DNA from: Candidatus Latescibacterota bacterium
GTDB lineage: Bacteria > Latescibacterota > UBA2968 > UBA8231
Length of the DNA stretch: 64,000 bases
Direction: 5' to 3'
Assembly: GCA_965208105.1 (NCBI GenBank)
Contig: OZ242318.1
Span: 4,096,001-4,160,000 of the forward strand
The notes below the pieces were generated by a model. That model ran no database searches. It saw only the letters and a program-made list of their open reading frames with translations, and was not told where the DNA came from. This document shows, piece by piece, positions 38,441 through 48,804 of the stretch. Every line of letters begins with the position of its first letter. The first letter of the stretch is position 1. A program made the translations under genes and the position numbers.

Positions 38441-39556
38441 ATGGCTGAAATGAGCAGGAAGATACGCGTGGGGGTGCTTTTCGGCGGGCGTTCCTGCGAG
38501 CACGAAGTCTCGGTGACCTCGGCTCGATCGCTGCTGGAGGCGATCGACAAGGAGAAGTACGAGGCGGTTATGATCGGGATCAGCAAGGAAGGCCGCTGGC
38601 TCGTGGCCGAGGATGCTCTGAAGGTGCTGGAGGCCGGCGTGGTCGAGGAGGGCAACGCCCTGCCGGTGATGCTCGACTACCCGGGAAGCCGGGAGCTGGT
38701 GGCGCGCGGCCACGGGGACCTGGCCGCCGCCGCGAGCGGACAGGTGGACGTGATATTTCCGATACTGCACGGTCCCTTCGGGGAGGACGGCACGGTGCAG
38801 GGGCTGCTGGAGTTGGCGGGGGTGGCCTACGTCGGCGCCGGGGTGGTGGGCTCGGCCGTGGGAATGGACAAGGAGATGATGAGGCGTGCGTTTCGCGCCG
38901 AGGGACTGCCCCAGGTGGACTACACCGTGGTGCGGCGCCGGAGCTGGGAGCGCGAGCCCGAGGCGGTTCTCGGGGAGATCGAGGAGCAGTTCGCCTATCC
39001 CGTCTTCGTCAAGCCGGTAAACCTGGGGTCCAGCGTCGGGATAACCAAGGCATGGGATGGGGAGGAGCTCCGCCGCGGCATGGACGAGGCTGCTTCCTTC
39101 GACTACAAGATCATGGTGGAAGCGGCGGCCGTGGATTGCCGCGAGGTGGAATGCGCGGTCCTGGGCAATGAGGATCCCCAGGCATCGGTTCTGGGAGAGA
39201 TTGTTCCCGGCAACGAGTTTTACGACTACAACGCCAAGTACGCAGACGACAATTCCGACCTGATCATACCTGCTCCGGTCTCCGCGGGGACCGCCGAACT
39301 GGTGCGGCAGTACGCCATCCGCGCCTTCCGGGCGGTGGAGTCGGCGGGCCTGGCGCGGGTGGACTTCTTCATCGGCAAAGGAGACGAATCCATCCGCCTC
39401 AGCGAAATAAACACCATGCCGGGATTCACCCCCATCAGCATGTATCCCAAGTTGTGGCAGGCCAGCGGGGTCGGCTACGGCGAGCTCATTCACCGCCTGA
39501 TTCAACTGGGGCTGGAGCGCCACGGGGAAAGGCAGAAGACCCGCACCTCGCTTTAG
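38441..39556 (+). CDS. ddl: D-alanine--D-alanine ligase
   Basis: GGRSCEHEVS, LHGPFGEDG, GSSVG, FYDY.AKY and EINTMPGFT..SMYP. Confidence 0.96.
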   Translation: MAEMSRKIRVGVLFGGRSCEHEVSVTSARSLLEAIDKEKYEAVMIGISKEGRWLVAEDALKVLEAGVVEEGNALPVMLDYPGSRELVARGHGDLAAAASGQVDVIFPILHGPFGEDGTVQGLLELAGVAYVGAGVVGSAVGMDKEMMRRAFRAEGLPQVDYTVVRRRSWEREPEAVLGEIEEQFAYPVFVKPVNLGSSVGITKAWDGEELRRGMDEAASFDYKIMVEAAAVDCREVECAVLGNEDPQASVLGEIVPGNEFYDYNAKYADDNSDLIIPAPVSAGTAELVRQYAIRAFRAVESAGLARVDFFIGKGDESIRLSEINTMPGFTPISMYPKLWQASGVGYGELIHRLIQLGLERHGERQKTRTSL

Positions 39557-39619
39557 AGGTCCGCCCGGGGTTGCCCGGCGATCCACCCCCGACGGAGGGA
39601 TAATTCGGATAGAGGAAGG

Positions 39620-40348
39620 ATGAAGCAGCGGAAAATTTTCGAGAAAGGGCGGGTGAGCAACTCCACCTCGCTGGCTCTGCTGGTCGCCGGTCTGGCCGCC
39701 CCGCCGGAAAGTGCCTGGGGCGAGTGGGTCCTGGCGGCGGGGCTGTTCGGCCTGGCCGGCGGGTTCACCAACTGGCTGGCTGTGAAGATGCTGTTCGACC
39801 GCGTTCCGCTGCTCTATGGCTCCGGGGTGATACCCAACCGTTTTCGCGAGATCCGGAAGACGGTGAAGGACCTGATAATGGTCCACTTCTTCGACGAGGA
39901 ACACCTGCAGCGGTTCTTTGCAAACCAGGTCCGTTCCCGGCCGGCGGGCGCAAAGCTGGAGTCGCTGCTTGCAGAGCTGCTGGAGTCCGAGGCGGGCGAC
40001 GAGATCATCCGGCGGCAGTTGGAGGAGATGCAGAGCACGCCCGCCGGCATGGTGCTGAACATGGTCGGCACCGCGACCATCGCTCCCCTGGTCAAGCGCT
40101 TCGTCTCCGGGGTGGCCGCGGAATTGGCCCCACTGCTGGGGGCGAGACTTGCCCCCGGCGGTATGGAAGTCGGCGCCCTGCGGAGCCAGGTGGAGCAGTT
40201 GCTGGCCGCCAAGCTGGAAGAGTTGACCCCCGATGTGGTCAAAACGATGATGGAGGACGTGATGCGGGAGCACCTGGGCTGGCTCATCGTGTGGGGCAAC
40301 GTGTTCGGAGGGCTGATCGGAATTCTGGCCAATTTGTCGGGCTATTGA
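39620..40348 (+). CDS. DUF445 family membrane protein
   Basis: GGFTNWLAVKMLF..GSGVIP; C-terminal LGWLIVWGNVFGGLIG. Confidence 0.85.
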   Translation: MKQRKIFEKGRVSNSTSLALLVAGLAAPPESAWGEWVLAAGLFGLAGGFTNWLAVKMLFDRVPLLYGSGVIPNRFREIRKTVKDLIMVHFFDEEHLQRFFANQVRSRPAGAKLESLLAELLESEAGDEIIRRQLEEMQSTPAGMVLNMVGTATIAPLVKRFVSGVAAELAPLLGARLAPGGMEVGALRSQVEQLLAAKLEELTPDVVKTMMEDVMREHLGWLIVWGNVFGGLIGILANLSGY

Positions 40349-40366
40349 AGAGAAAGGGCGTGCCTT

Positions 40367-41173
40367 ATGGACTTGTTCGATCTGAGCGGGGAAGTGGCGG
40401 CGGTGATCGGCGCTACCGGGGCCCTGGGAGGGGCGATGGCCGAAGGGCTGGCCTCGGCCGGGGCGAGGGTGGCCGTGCTGGGGCGCAGCGAGGAGCGGGG
40501 ACGGCGGACGGTGGAGGCCATCGAGGCGGCCGGCGGAGAGGCGGTTTTCGTCGGTTGCGACGCCACCAGCCAAGCAAGTGTGCGCACGGCCCACCGCGCC
40601 CTGCGGGAGAGGCTGGGGGCGGTCACGGTGCTGGTCAACGCAGCGGGGGGGAACACCCCCGGGGCGACGGTGACCCCTGACCATCCCTTCCAGGAAATCT
40701 CGCTCGAGGACTGGCAGGAAAGCTTCGACCTGAACCTGGTTGGCGGCGTCCTTTTGCCCTGCCAGGAGTTCGGTCCCGCCATGATCGAGAGCGGCAAGGG
40801 CAGCATCATCAACATCGCATCGGCGGCATCGTACCTGCCCATGTCCAGGGTGGTGGCTTATTCGGCGGCGAAGGCGGGTGTGCTGAACCTGACCCGTTTC
40901 CTGGCGCGCGAGTGGGGCGAGACAGGGGTTCGCGTCAACGCCGTCGTTCCGGGATTTTTTCCGGGCGAGCAGAACCGCCGCCTGCTCTTCGACGCCGAGG
41001 GCAGGCCCACCCCCAGGGGCCGCCAGGTTCTCGACCGCACTCCCATGAACAGATTCGGCGATCCCGGAGAACTGGCCGGTATCGCCGTTTTCCTCGCTTC
41101 CCCCAGAGCCAGCGGTTTCGTCACGGGGGGGGACTTCAAGGTCGACGGCGGCTTTCTGGCGATGGCTATCTGA
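40367..41173 (+). CDS. SDR oxidoreductase (D-mannonate/gluconate 5-dehydrogenase-like)
   Basis: GATGALG, NAAGGN, YSAAK, PGFFP.EQN and DGGF. Confidence 0.88.
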   Translation: MDLFDLSGEVAAVIGATGALGGAMAEGLASAGARVAVLGRSEERGRRTVEAIEAAGGEAVFVGCDATSQASVRTAHRALRERLGAVTVLVNAAGGNTPGATVTPDHPFQEISLEDWQESFDLNLVGGVLLPCQEFGPAMIESGKGSIINIASAASYLPMSRVVAYSAAKAGVLNLTRFLAREWGETGVRVNAVVPGFFPGEQNRRLLFDAEGRPTPRGRQVLDRTPMNRFGDPGELAGIAVFLASPRASGFVTGGDFKVDGGFLAMAI

Positions 41174-42425
41174 ACAGGAGTTTCAGGTAGAAGAAGGGAT
41201 TGGCCAGTTCCTTCTTGGGCCTGGCGTTGGCGATCATGCCGCAGATCAACTCGCTCAGGGCAGGGTTACCAGCCGCCTTGCGGATCACCAGATTGAGCAG
41301 GGGCCGATGCTGACCGAGGTGCTGCAGGCGGGTGCTGAGCCTGAGCTCGTCCCCCAGGGAATCCCACAGCCTGTCGCCATAGCGCTTCAGGAATGCGGCG
41401 CTGAAATCTCCGGCGGCACGGGCTTCGGCAGCAGTCTCCACCGCGAGGCGGGCGGAGTAGAGGGCATTGCCTATGCCCTCGCCCGTGAACGGGTCGATCA
41501 GCCCCGCCGCGTCGCCCAGAAGCAGGAAGCCGGGGCCGTGCATCGGACGACGCTTGCTGCCCACTGGCAGATTCCACCCCACCGGCTGCTCCAGGGGCCG
41601 GGCGCCGGCAAAGCGGGACTTGAACCCGGGGCTGTCCAGGGTTTCCCGCAGGGCGGCCTTGAGGTTGACCTTGCGGCGTTTGATGTACTCGTGAACCATT
41701 CCGATCCCGACGTTGGCACAGCCGTCCTCAAGGGGAAAGATCCAGAAATACCCAGGCCGCACGGCGTCGACGAAGTGGAGTTCGATCTGGTCGCTGAGAT
41801 CGGCCACGTTTTCGTAGTAGCAACGCAGGGCAACCACCCAGTGGCGGCTCTCGTGGCGGTAGAGCCCTGCCTTGCGCGCGACGACGGAGTTGAATCCGTC
41901 GCAGCCCAGAACCAGGCGACTGCGGAATTCGCTGAATCTTTCGTTGCCGCCGTGCCTTCCGCGCACCCCCCGCACCTGCCCGTCCTCCATGATCAGGTCG
42001 GCCACGGCGAAGTCCTCGGCGCAGTGGTCCGCCTGCCGCCGCGCCTGCTCGAAGAGGAAGTTGTCGAAGATCCGGCGGCGGATTACGAAGCCCTCCATGG
42101 GCATGCTGCGGCCTGTGAGGTGGTCGCGGTAGTCGTAGTGGTGCAGTCCGACATGGGCGTCGACCCGTTCGGGGCTTCCGAAGACTATTCTGCGGATGCA
42201 GGCTCCGGGCAGGTTGCGCACCGTGTCGAGCAGCCCGAGTTCCTGCAAGACTGCCACGGATTTACCCGACAGGGCATCTCCACAGATTTTGTCCCGCGGG
42301 AAACGGTCCTTGTCCAGGAGCAGGGTCCTGAGGCCCCGGCGCCGGGCGTAAAGTGCGGCGGCGGCGCCGGCAGGACCGGCTCCGACGACGATGAGGTCGT
42401 AGATCTCTTCTTCCGTTGCTCTCAT
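41166..42425 (-). CDS. Geranylgeranyl reductase family FAD oxidoreductase
   Basis: VGAGPAG, FPRDKICGD, GYFWIFP and GDAAGLIDPFTGEGI. Confidence 0.9.
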   Translation of the reverse strand: MRATEEEIYDLIVVGAGPAGAAAALYARRRGLRTLLLDKDRFPRDKICGDALSGKSVAVLQELGLLDTVRNLPGACIRRIVFGSPERVDAHVGLHHYDYRDHLTGRSMPMEGFVIRRRIFDNFLFEQARRQADHCAEDFAVADLIMEDGQVRGVRGRHGGNERFSEFRSRLVLGCDGFNSVVARKAGLYRHESRHWVVALRCYYENVADLSDQIELHFVDAVRPGYFWIFPLEDGCANVGIGMVHEYIKRRKVNLKAALRETLDSPGFKSRFAGARPLEQPVGWNLPVGSKRRPMHGPGFLLLGDAAGLIDPFTGEGIGNALYSARLAVETAAEARAAGDFSAAFLKRYGDRLWDSLGDELRLSTRLQHLGQHRPLLNLVIRKAAGNPALSELICGMIANARPKKELANPFFYLKLLFR

Positions 42426-42587
42426 TTCCTCTCCTGAGATTGAAAAGATAGGCTTACCGCGAAGGCCGACAAGGGAAGCCCCTTGAGCAGCCCCGCTCCA
42501 CAGGGTGGATCTCTTGCCACCTCAACGATATTGCGTAGATTTTTTGGAACAGCCTTGAATCCGTTGCGACGAGGGAGTTTGACGGTT

Positions 42588-44495
42588 ATGACCACGCCAT
42601 CGGCCACCGAAGGAGCAGGAGTTGAGGAGCTTCCATTCCAGACGGAAGTCCAGAAGCTGCTTCAGCTCCTCATCCATTCGCTCTACACACACTCGGAGAT
42701 CTTCCTCAGGGAGCTGATATCCAACGCGTCGGACGCCCTAGACAAGGTGCATTTCCGCTCGCTCACCGACCGGGACATCGTCGACCCCGATGCGGCCCTG
42801 GAGATCGAGGTCGAGGTCAACAAGAGCTCCAAGACCCTGATCGTAAGGGACACTGGCATTGGCATGACCCGGGAGGAAGTCAACCGCAACATCGGCACGA
42901 TTGCCCGCTCCGGATCGGCCGAGTTCATCGAGAAGATGGCTGCGCTCAAGGATGAGGACGACAAAAAGAAGGTGCAGTTGATCGGCCAGTTCGGGGTGGG
43001 ATTCTACTCGGTTTTCATGATCGCGGAGCGGGTGGTTCTGACCACCCGCAGCGCCGACCCCGGAAGCGAGGCGGTGCAGTGGGAGTCCACCGGGGCGGGA
43101 AGCTACACCATCTCGGCGGCCGACCGGGAGGAGCGCGGCACCGAGATAAAAATATACGTGCGCAGCGACTGCGAGGAGTACCTGGACGCCCACAGGCTGG
43201 AAGCGATCATCAGGCGCCACTCGGACTTCGTGGCATACCCGATCAAGGTGGCCGGCAAGCAGGCCAACGACACTTCGTCTCTGTGGACCAGGCCGCGCTC
43301 CGAGATCGGCAGGGAACAGTACGAGGAATTCTTCACCCACCTGACCGGAGACCCGGACAAACCCCTCGCCTGGGAGCACGTGGTGGTGGACGCTCCCATC
43401 CAGTTCTACAGCATTCTTTACATCCCCAGGAAGGCCCCGGTCAATTTCCTCTTCAGTCCCGAGCCCAGGATTGCCCTCAATCTCTACGTCAAGAGGGTTT
43501 TCATCCAGGACGACTGCAACGAGTTGCTTCCACTATACCTGCGCTTCATGCGGGGTGTGGTGGACTGCGACGATCTGCCCCTCAACGTCTCGCGCGAGAC
43601 CCTTCAGCAGAACCCGGTGGTCACCAAGATCCGCAACACTCTGGTGCGGCGCATTCTGCGCCTGCTCGAAGACATGGCCAAAAACAGGCCCGACGACTAC
43701 GAAACCTTCTATGAGGCCTATGGCATCGTCCTCAAGGAAGGAGTGGCCATGGATTTCGAGAACAAGAACAAGATTGCCTCATTGTTGCGCTTCTCCTCCT
43801 CTCTGGGAGAGAAGCCGGAGGATACGGTGTCCCTCCAGGGTTATGTGGACCGCATGCACAGCGATCAGGACGAGATTTACTACCTGGCCGGGGAGAGCAT
43901 CGAGGCCGTCGCCCAGAGCCCGCTGCTGGAAGCGTTTCGCCAGCGCCGGCTCGAGGTCCTCTACCTGGGCGACCCGGTGGACGAATGGGTGGTCAACGGC
44001 TTGCAGGAGTTCGGCGGCAAAAGGCTCAAGGCGATCGACAGTGAAGACCTGGACCTGGGAGGGAAGGTCGAGCTGGAGGGTGTCGATGGAGACGGCAAGG
44101 AGCAGACAATCGAGTTGATGGATTTCCTCAAGAAGGAGCTGGCGGAGAGGGTTTCGGACGTGAAGGAGTCCCATCGCCTGACCGACAGCCCCTGCGCCAT
44201 GGTGACTCCCAAGGGAGGTATGAGCCTCAACATGGAGCGACTGATGAAGGCCACCGACCGGGAGTTCGAGGCCACGAGGCGGATCCTGGAGATCAATCCC
44301 TCCCATCCGGTGATTCGCAACATGGGGGCTGTCCTCGCCAGATCCCGGGATGCCGCCGAACTCAGGGAATGGGCCCACCTCCTTGTCGACTACGTCCTGA
44401 TAGGCGAGGGAACGGTGGAGAATCCCCAGCGCATTACCCGGTCCTTGCAGGGAGTCCTGAGCGCGGCCACGTCCCATGCCCGGGAGGGGTCCTGA
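42588..44495 (+). CDS. htpG: Molecular chaperone HtpG (Hsp90)
   Basis: FLRELISNASDA, DTGIGM, IGQFGVGFYS, LPLNVSRE and LEINP.HP. Confidence 0.97.
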   Translation: MTTPSATEGAGVEELPFQTEVQKLLQLLIHSLYTHSEIFLRELISNASDALDKVHFRSLTDRDIVDPDAALEIEVEVNKSSKTLIVRDTGIGMTREEVNRNIGTIARSGSAEFIEKMAALKDEDDKKKVQLIGQFGVGFYSVFMIAERVVLTTRSADPGSEAVQWESTGAGSYTISAADREERGTEIKIYVRSDCEEYLDAHRLEAIIRRHSDFVAYPIKVAGKQANDTSSLWTRPRSEIGREQYEEFFTHLTGDPDKPLAWEHVVVDAPIQFYSILYIPRKAPVNFLFSPEPRIALNLYVKRVFIQDDCNELLPLYLRFMRGVVDCDDLPLNVSRETLQQNPVVTKIRNTLVRRILRLLEDMAKNRPDDYETFYEAYGIVLKEGVAMDFENKNKIASLLRFSSSLGEKPEDTVSLQGYVDRMHSDQDEIYYLAGESIEAVAQSPLLEAFRQRRLEVLYLGDPVDEWVVNGLQEFGGKRLKAIDSEDLDLGGKVELEGVDGDGKEQTIELMDFLKKELAERVSDVKESHRLTDSPCAMVTPKGGMSLNMERLMKATDREFEATRRILEINPSHPVIRNMGAVLARSRDAAELREWAHLLVDYVLIGEGTVENPQRITRSLQGVLSAATSHAREGS

Positions 44496-44496
44496 G

Positions 44497-45828
44497 GTGG
44501 CGCAGACCATCCGAGCTCTGGCCGCCGCGGCGCGCCGGGCGTCGCGGCAACTGGCCGCCGCTTCCGGCGCCCAGCGCAACGCCGCCCTCGCCTCCATAGC
44601 CAGGGATCTGGCGGCGCACAGGGAGCGCATCCTCGCCGCCAACCGGGCGGACCTGCGGGCGGCGGAGGAAATGGTGGCGAGGGGCGAACTCGCAGCGCCG
44701 CTGGTCAAGCGCCTGAACCTGGAGGGTTCCAAGTTCAGTGACGTCGTGGCCATGGTGTGCAGCGTCGAGGACCAGCCCGATCCCCTGGGCCGCACCCAGA
44801 GCGCCATGGAACTCCACCGCGGGCTCGAGCTCTTCCGGGTGACCGTGCCAATCGGGGTAATCGGTGTAATCTTCGAGTCCCGGCCCGACGCTCTGGTCCA
44901 GATCGCCTGTCTCTGCCTCAAGTCCGGAAACGCGGTGCTGCTCAAGGGGGGACGGGAAGCGGCGCAGAGCAACCGGGTGCTGGCGCGGGTCATCGAGGCC
45001 GCCGCGCAGGAGGTGGAAGGGATCCCTCCGGGCTGGATCGGACTGCTGGAGACGCGGGACCAGGTTGGTGCCATGCTCGAGCTGGACCGCGATATCGACC
45101 TGATCGTTCCTCGAGGCGGCAATGAGCTTGTCCAGTACATTATGCGGAATACCCGCATACCTGTCATGGGGCACGCCGATGGCGTTTGCCACGTGTACGT
45201 GGACAGGAAGGCGGAGGTGGACAAGTCGGCGCGCATTGTGGTGGACTCCAAGACCCAGTACGCGGCCGTGTGCAACGCGGCGGAGACCCTGCTGGTGCAC
45301 CGCGAGATCGCCCCGGAGTTCCTTGCCGTTGCGGTAGGGGAGCTGAGGAACCGCGGAGTGGAGATTCGAGGCGACGAGGAGACCAGGCGTCTGGCCGGGG
45401 CGGACGGAGAAATCGGACCTGCTGCCGAGGAAGACTGGGGCCGCGAGTACCTGGATTACATTCTCGCGGTGAAGGTGGTGGGAAGCCTGGAGGAGGCGGT
45501 GGATCACATCAACCGCTACGGCAGCGGACACACCGATGCGATCGTGACCGAGGACGCAGCCGCCGCACGGAGATTCCTGGGTTGGGTGGACTCCGCATCC
45601 GTTCTTCACAATGCATCGACCCGCTTCGCGGATGGATTCCGCTACGGGTTGGGGGCCGAGGTGGGGATCAGCACCAATAGGCTGCACAGCCGCGGCCCGG
45701 TGGGGCTGGAGGGCCTGACGATCTACAAGTACATACTCGAGGGGGATGGCCACGTCGTTGAGGATTTCGAGGGGGATGGGCCGAAGTCATTCACTCACAG
45801 GCGGCTGCAGACGGACTGGCGGGGCTGA
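44497..45828 (+). CDS. proA: Gamma-glutamyl phosphate reductase
   Basis: IFESRP, LKGGREA, PRGG, CNAAET and NASTRFADG..GLGAEVGIST; GTG start just after the htpG stop. Confidence 0.96.
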   Translation: MAQTIRALAAAARRASRQLAAASGAQRNAALASIARDLAAHRERILAANRADLRAAEEMVARGELAAPLVKRLNLEGSKFSDVVAMVCSVEDQPDPLGRTQSAMELHRGLELFRVTVPIGVIGVIFESRPDALVQIACLCLKSGNAVLLKGGREAAQSNRVLARVIEAAAQEVEGIPPGWIGLLETRDQVGAMLELDRDIDLIVPRGGNELVQYIMRNTRIPVMGHADGVCHVYVDRKAEVDKSARIVVDSKTQYAAVCNAAETLLVHREIAPEFLAVAVGELRNRGVEIRGDEETRRLAGADGEIGPAAEEDWGREYLDYILAVKVVGSLEEAVDHINRYGSGHTDAIVTEDAAAARRFLGWVDSASVLHNASTRFADGFRYGLGAEVGISTNRLHSRGPVGLEGLTIYKYILEGDGHVVEDFEGDGPKSFTHRRLQTDWRG

Positions 45829-45888
45829 ACGAAGATGCAGGAGGGCCCCGTGGCGGCAGACTCGAAGCTTCAAATGATTGGAGAGGAG

Positions 45889-46236
45889 ATGAGTGCGGAA
45901 AATACCGGGGCTGAAATCAGGCGCCACATATTCATTTGCGCCACCCCGACCAAGCCCAAGTGCCACGCCGATGACACCGGCAGGGAATGCTGGGAGTACC
46001 TCAAAAAGCGTCTGCGCGAGTTGGGCTACGGAGAGCCGCGCAAGGACGGGATCCATCGCACCAAGGCCGACTGTCTGCGGGTGTGCGAGAGGGGCCCGAC
46101 GGTGGTGGTCTATCCGGAAGGGGTGTGGTACCATTCGATGACCGTCGAAAAGCTGGAGAGGATCATACAGGAGCACCTCATCGGGGGCCGGGTCGTAGAG
46201 GCATTCCTCAACCGCGAACCCTTCCGAAGTTTCTGA
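45889..46236 (+). CDS. Thioredoxin-like [2Fe-2S] ferredoxin
   Basis: [29 protein letters not shown]. Confidence 0.9.
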   Translation: MSAENTGAEIRRHIFICATPTKPKCHADDTGRECWEYLKKRLRELGYGEPRKDGIHRTKADCLRVCERGPTVVVYPEGVWYHSMTVEKLERIIQEHLIGGRVVEAFLNREPFRSF

Positions 46237-46247
46237 CCGGGCGCGAT

Positions 46248-47246
46248 TTGCTCTGTAACCCGACAGTGCGCCGCCCATTGACCCTGGAGGCCGCCGCGGC
46301 GGAGAGCCCGGCCGACGAATTCGCCCGAGACGTAGGAACCGGGTTGAGAGCCTCCCCCAAGCGGCTTTCCTGCCGCTTTTTCTACGACAGGGACGGGTCC
46401 CGGCTGTTTGAGCTGATCTGCGACCTGCCCGAATATTACCTCACCCGCACAGAGCGCCGGATCCTCCAGGAGAGGGCTGTCCAGATCGTTTGCCAGGCCC
46501 CGGTGGATACCACCCTGGTCGAGCTGGGCAGCGGCAGCGCGGTGAAGACGCGGGTGCTTATCGAAGCCTTCCTGGAGCGCCGGGGGAGGTTGCTTTTCGC
46601 GGCCGTGGATATTTCTCCCACCGCTCTCGAGGAAAGCTCCGTCGAGCTCCTGGATCTCTATCCGAATCTGCAAGTCCTGACCGTGGCAGCGGAATACCGC
46701 CAGGGACTCGACCGGCTCCGCGAGATTTTGAGCGGCCCGAAGCTGATCCTCTTCCTGGGGTCCAACATCGGAAATTTCGAACGTCCTGATGCAGTCCTGT
46801 TCCTCAAGCTCGTGCGCCGCACCTTGACCCCGCTTGACCGCCTGCTGGTCGGCATCGATCTGCGCAAGGAGCGGGAGGTGCTGGAGGCGGCCTACGACGA
46901 TCCCCGGGGCATAACCGCCCGCTTCAATCAGAACATCCTGGCCAGAATCAATCGCGAACTGGGTGGACGATTCGACTTGGAGACCTTCAGGCACCGCGCC
47001 ATCTACAACGAGGAAGAAGGCCGGGTGGAGATGTTCCTCGTGAGCACCTGCGCCCAGAAAGTGGCCATCGAAGACCTGGGCATGGAGGTGGGATTCGCCG
47101 AGGGAGAGGCCATTCACTCGGAGAATTCCTACAAGTACTCGACCGCGGAGATCGATGAGCTGGCTGCAGCATCCGGGCTCGCCATCCAGCGCCAGTGGTT
47201 CGACGGCGCCAGGCGCTTCAGCCTGAATCTGTTGAAACCCGGTTAG
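46248..47246 (+). CDS. egtD: L-histidine N(alpha)-methyltransferase (hercynine synthesis)
   Basis: FYD..GSRLF, LPEYYLTRTE, ELGSGS..KT, FLGSNIGN, AAYDD..GITA.FN and ENSYKY; start (46248 or 46266) uncertain. Confidence 0.93.
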   Translation: MLCNPTVRRPLTLEAAAAESPADEFARDVGTGLRASPKRLSCRFFYDRDGSRLFELICDLPEYYLTRTERRILQERAVQIVCQAPVDTTLVELGSGSAVKTRVLIEAFLERRGRLLFAAVDISPTALEESSVELLDLYPNLQVLTVAAEYRQGLDRLREILSGPKLILFLGSNIGNFERPDAVLFLKLVRRTLTPLDRLLVGIDLRKEREVLEAAYDDPRGITARFNQNILARINRELGGRFDLETFRHRAIYNEEEGRVEMFLVSTCAQKVAIEDLGMEVGFAEGEAIHSENSYKYSTAEIDELAAASGLAIQRQWFDGARRFSLNLLKPG

Positions 47247-47322
47247 ACCCGGGGGAGGTGGACCAGCGGGCAGGCGCATGTCCGCCCCCTCTGGTGGCCG
47301 GGACGCAACCCGCGCGGCCGGC

Positions 47323-47351
47323 TTGATGCAGGCTGTCGGAAAAGCTATAAT
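47323..47351 (+). promoter_or_regulatory. Putative sigma70 promoter of senAB
   Basis: TTGATG, 17-nt spacer, TATAAT in the 227-nt gap upstream of senA. Confidence 0.6.
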
Positions 47352-47473
47352 CCCGTGCTGGACTGCGCCGGACCGGGCAGCCGCGGAATGCGGAATATGG
47401 TGTCCCGGATGGTTGTTCACCCCAGCTCGCCGTTCGCTGCCGGATCCGCGCTCCCAGAGGAGGCCAGGGGCTC

Positions 47474-48793
47474 ATGAATTCGTCCTTGAGCGCGGCGGTA
47501 TCCCCTTCGCGGCTGGCGGAGTGGGTGTGCGATGCGCGCGAACGAACCTTCGAGTTGGTCGCCGATCTGAGCGATGAACAGCTCATGGGGCCGCGGTTGG
47601 AAATCGTCAATCCCCTGCTCTGGGAAGTAGGTCACCTCGCCTGGTTTCAGTCCAGGTGGGTGCTGCGGCACGCCTGCGGCCAGCAGCCGGTGCGCGCCGA
47701 CGAAGATCAGCTCTACGACTCCATAGCCATCGGCCACGACAGGCGCTGGGACCTTCCTCTGCCGGCGCGTTGCGAGACTTTGGCCTACGGCCGCCAGGTT
47801 CGGGACCGGGTCCTGCACCGCGTCGAGCTGGGGGACCTCGACGACGAGTTGATCTATCACCTTGTCTACACCACCCTCCATGAGGATATGCACGCCGAGG
47901 CCTTCACTTACACCCGGCAGACCCTGGGATATCCGGCGCCGGGCCTTTCCATTGTCGGCCAGCGGGAAGCCGGATTGGAAGGCGGCGGATCGCTGAAAGG
48001 AGACGCGGAGATTGCGGGTGGGCGGTTCGGTCTCGGCTCGGATCCGGAGGAATCATTTGTATTTGACAACGAGAAGTGGGTTCATCCAGTGGAGGTGGGA
48101 CCTTTCGCCATGGCGAGGGCGGCGGTGACACAGGAAGAGTTTGCCGCTTTCGTGGACGACGGAGGGTACGGGCTGCGCCAATGGTGGAGCCCGGAGGGAT
48201 GGCGCTGGCGCCGATCCGCCGGCGCGGAGCATCCGCTCTACTGGAAGCGGCTGAGCAAGGGGAGGTGGCTGCGCCGGCACTTTGACCGGTGGGTCGGACT
48301 CGAACCGCATCTGCCGGCCATTCACGTCAACTGGTACGAAGCCGAGGCCTATTGCCGCTGGGCGGGCCGCCGCCTGCCCAGTGAGGCAGAGTGGGAGATG
48401 GCCGCGGCCTCGGCCCCCGCCGGACCAGGCTGCAATCAACCCAAGCGACGGTTCCCATGGGGCGAAGAGGAGCCCTGTGCCGGGCGCGCCAATCTTGATT
48501 GGAAGGCCATGGGCTGCGTCGATGTCGGAGCCTTTCCCGCGGGAGACAGTGGTTTCGGATGCCGGCAGATGATCGGCAATCTCTGGGAGTGGACGGGCAG
48601 CACCTTTCTCCCTTATCCGGGCTTTGCGGCAGACCCATACAGAGAGTACTCGGAGCCGTGGTTCGGGACCCGCAAGGTCATGCGCGGCGGTTGCTGGGCA
48701 ACCCGTTCGCGCCTCATTCGCAGCAACTACAGGAACTTTCAGACTCCGGACCGGCGCGATATATTGGTGGGATTCCGCACCTGCGCAGCCTGA
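47474..48793 (+). CDS. senA: Selenoneine synthase SenA (EgtB-like DinB plus FGE-sulfatase domain)
   Basis: NPLLWEVGHLAWFQ and HEDMHAEA iron ligands (SenA-type rather than the EgtB HEQQH), RLPSEAEWE, GNLWEW and GFR; adjacent to senB. Confidence 0.85.
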   Translation: MNSSLSAAVSPSRLAEWVCDARERTFELVADLSDEQLMGPRLEIVNPLLWEVGHLAWFQSRWVLRHACGQQPVRADEDQLYDSIAIGHDRRWDLPLPARCETLAYGRQVRDRVLHRVELGDLDDELIYHLVYTTLHEDMHAEAFTYTRQTLGYPAPGLSIVGQREAGLEGGGSLKGDAEIAGGRFGLGSDPEESFVFDNEKWVHPVEVGPFAMARAAVTQEEFAAFVDDGGYGLRQWWSPEGWRWRRSAGAEHPLYWKRLSKGRWLRRHFDRWVGLEPHLPAIHVNWYEAEAYCRWAGRRLPSEAEWEMAAASAPAGPGCNQPKRRFPWGEEEPCAGRANLDWKAMGCVDVGAFPAGDSGFGCRQMIGNLWEWTGSTFLPYPGFAADPYREYSEPWFGTRKVMRGGCWATRSRLIRSNYRNFQTPDRRDILVGFRTCAA

Positions 48794-48804
48794 GGGAATG
48801 GACA

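Noticed and set aside
38363-40684. 773-aa antisense ORF and similar long shadow ORFs (30528-32582, 35986-38121, 54217-55896, 21382-22992)
   Set aside because: They overlap well-supported genes, have no recognisable motifs, and are expected from stop-codon scarcity at high GC.
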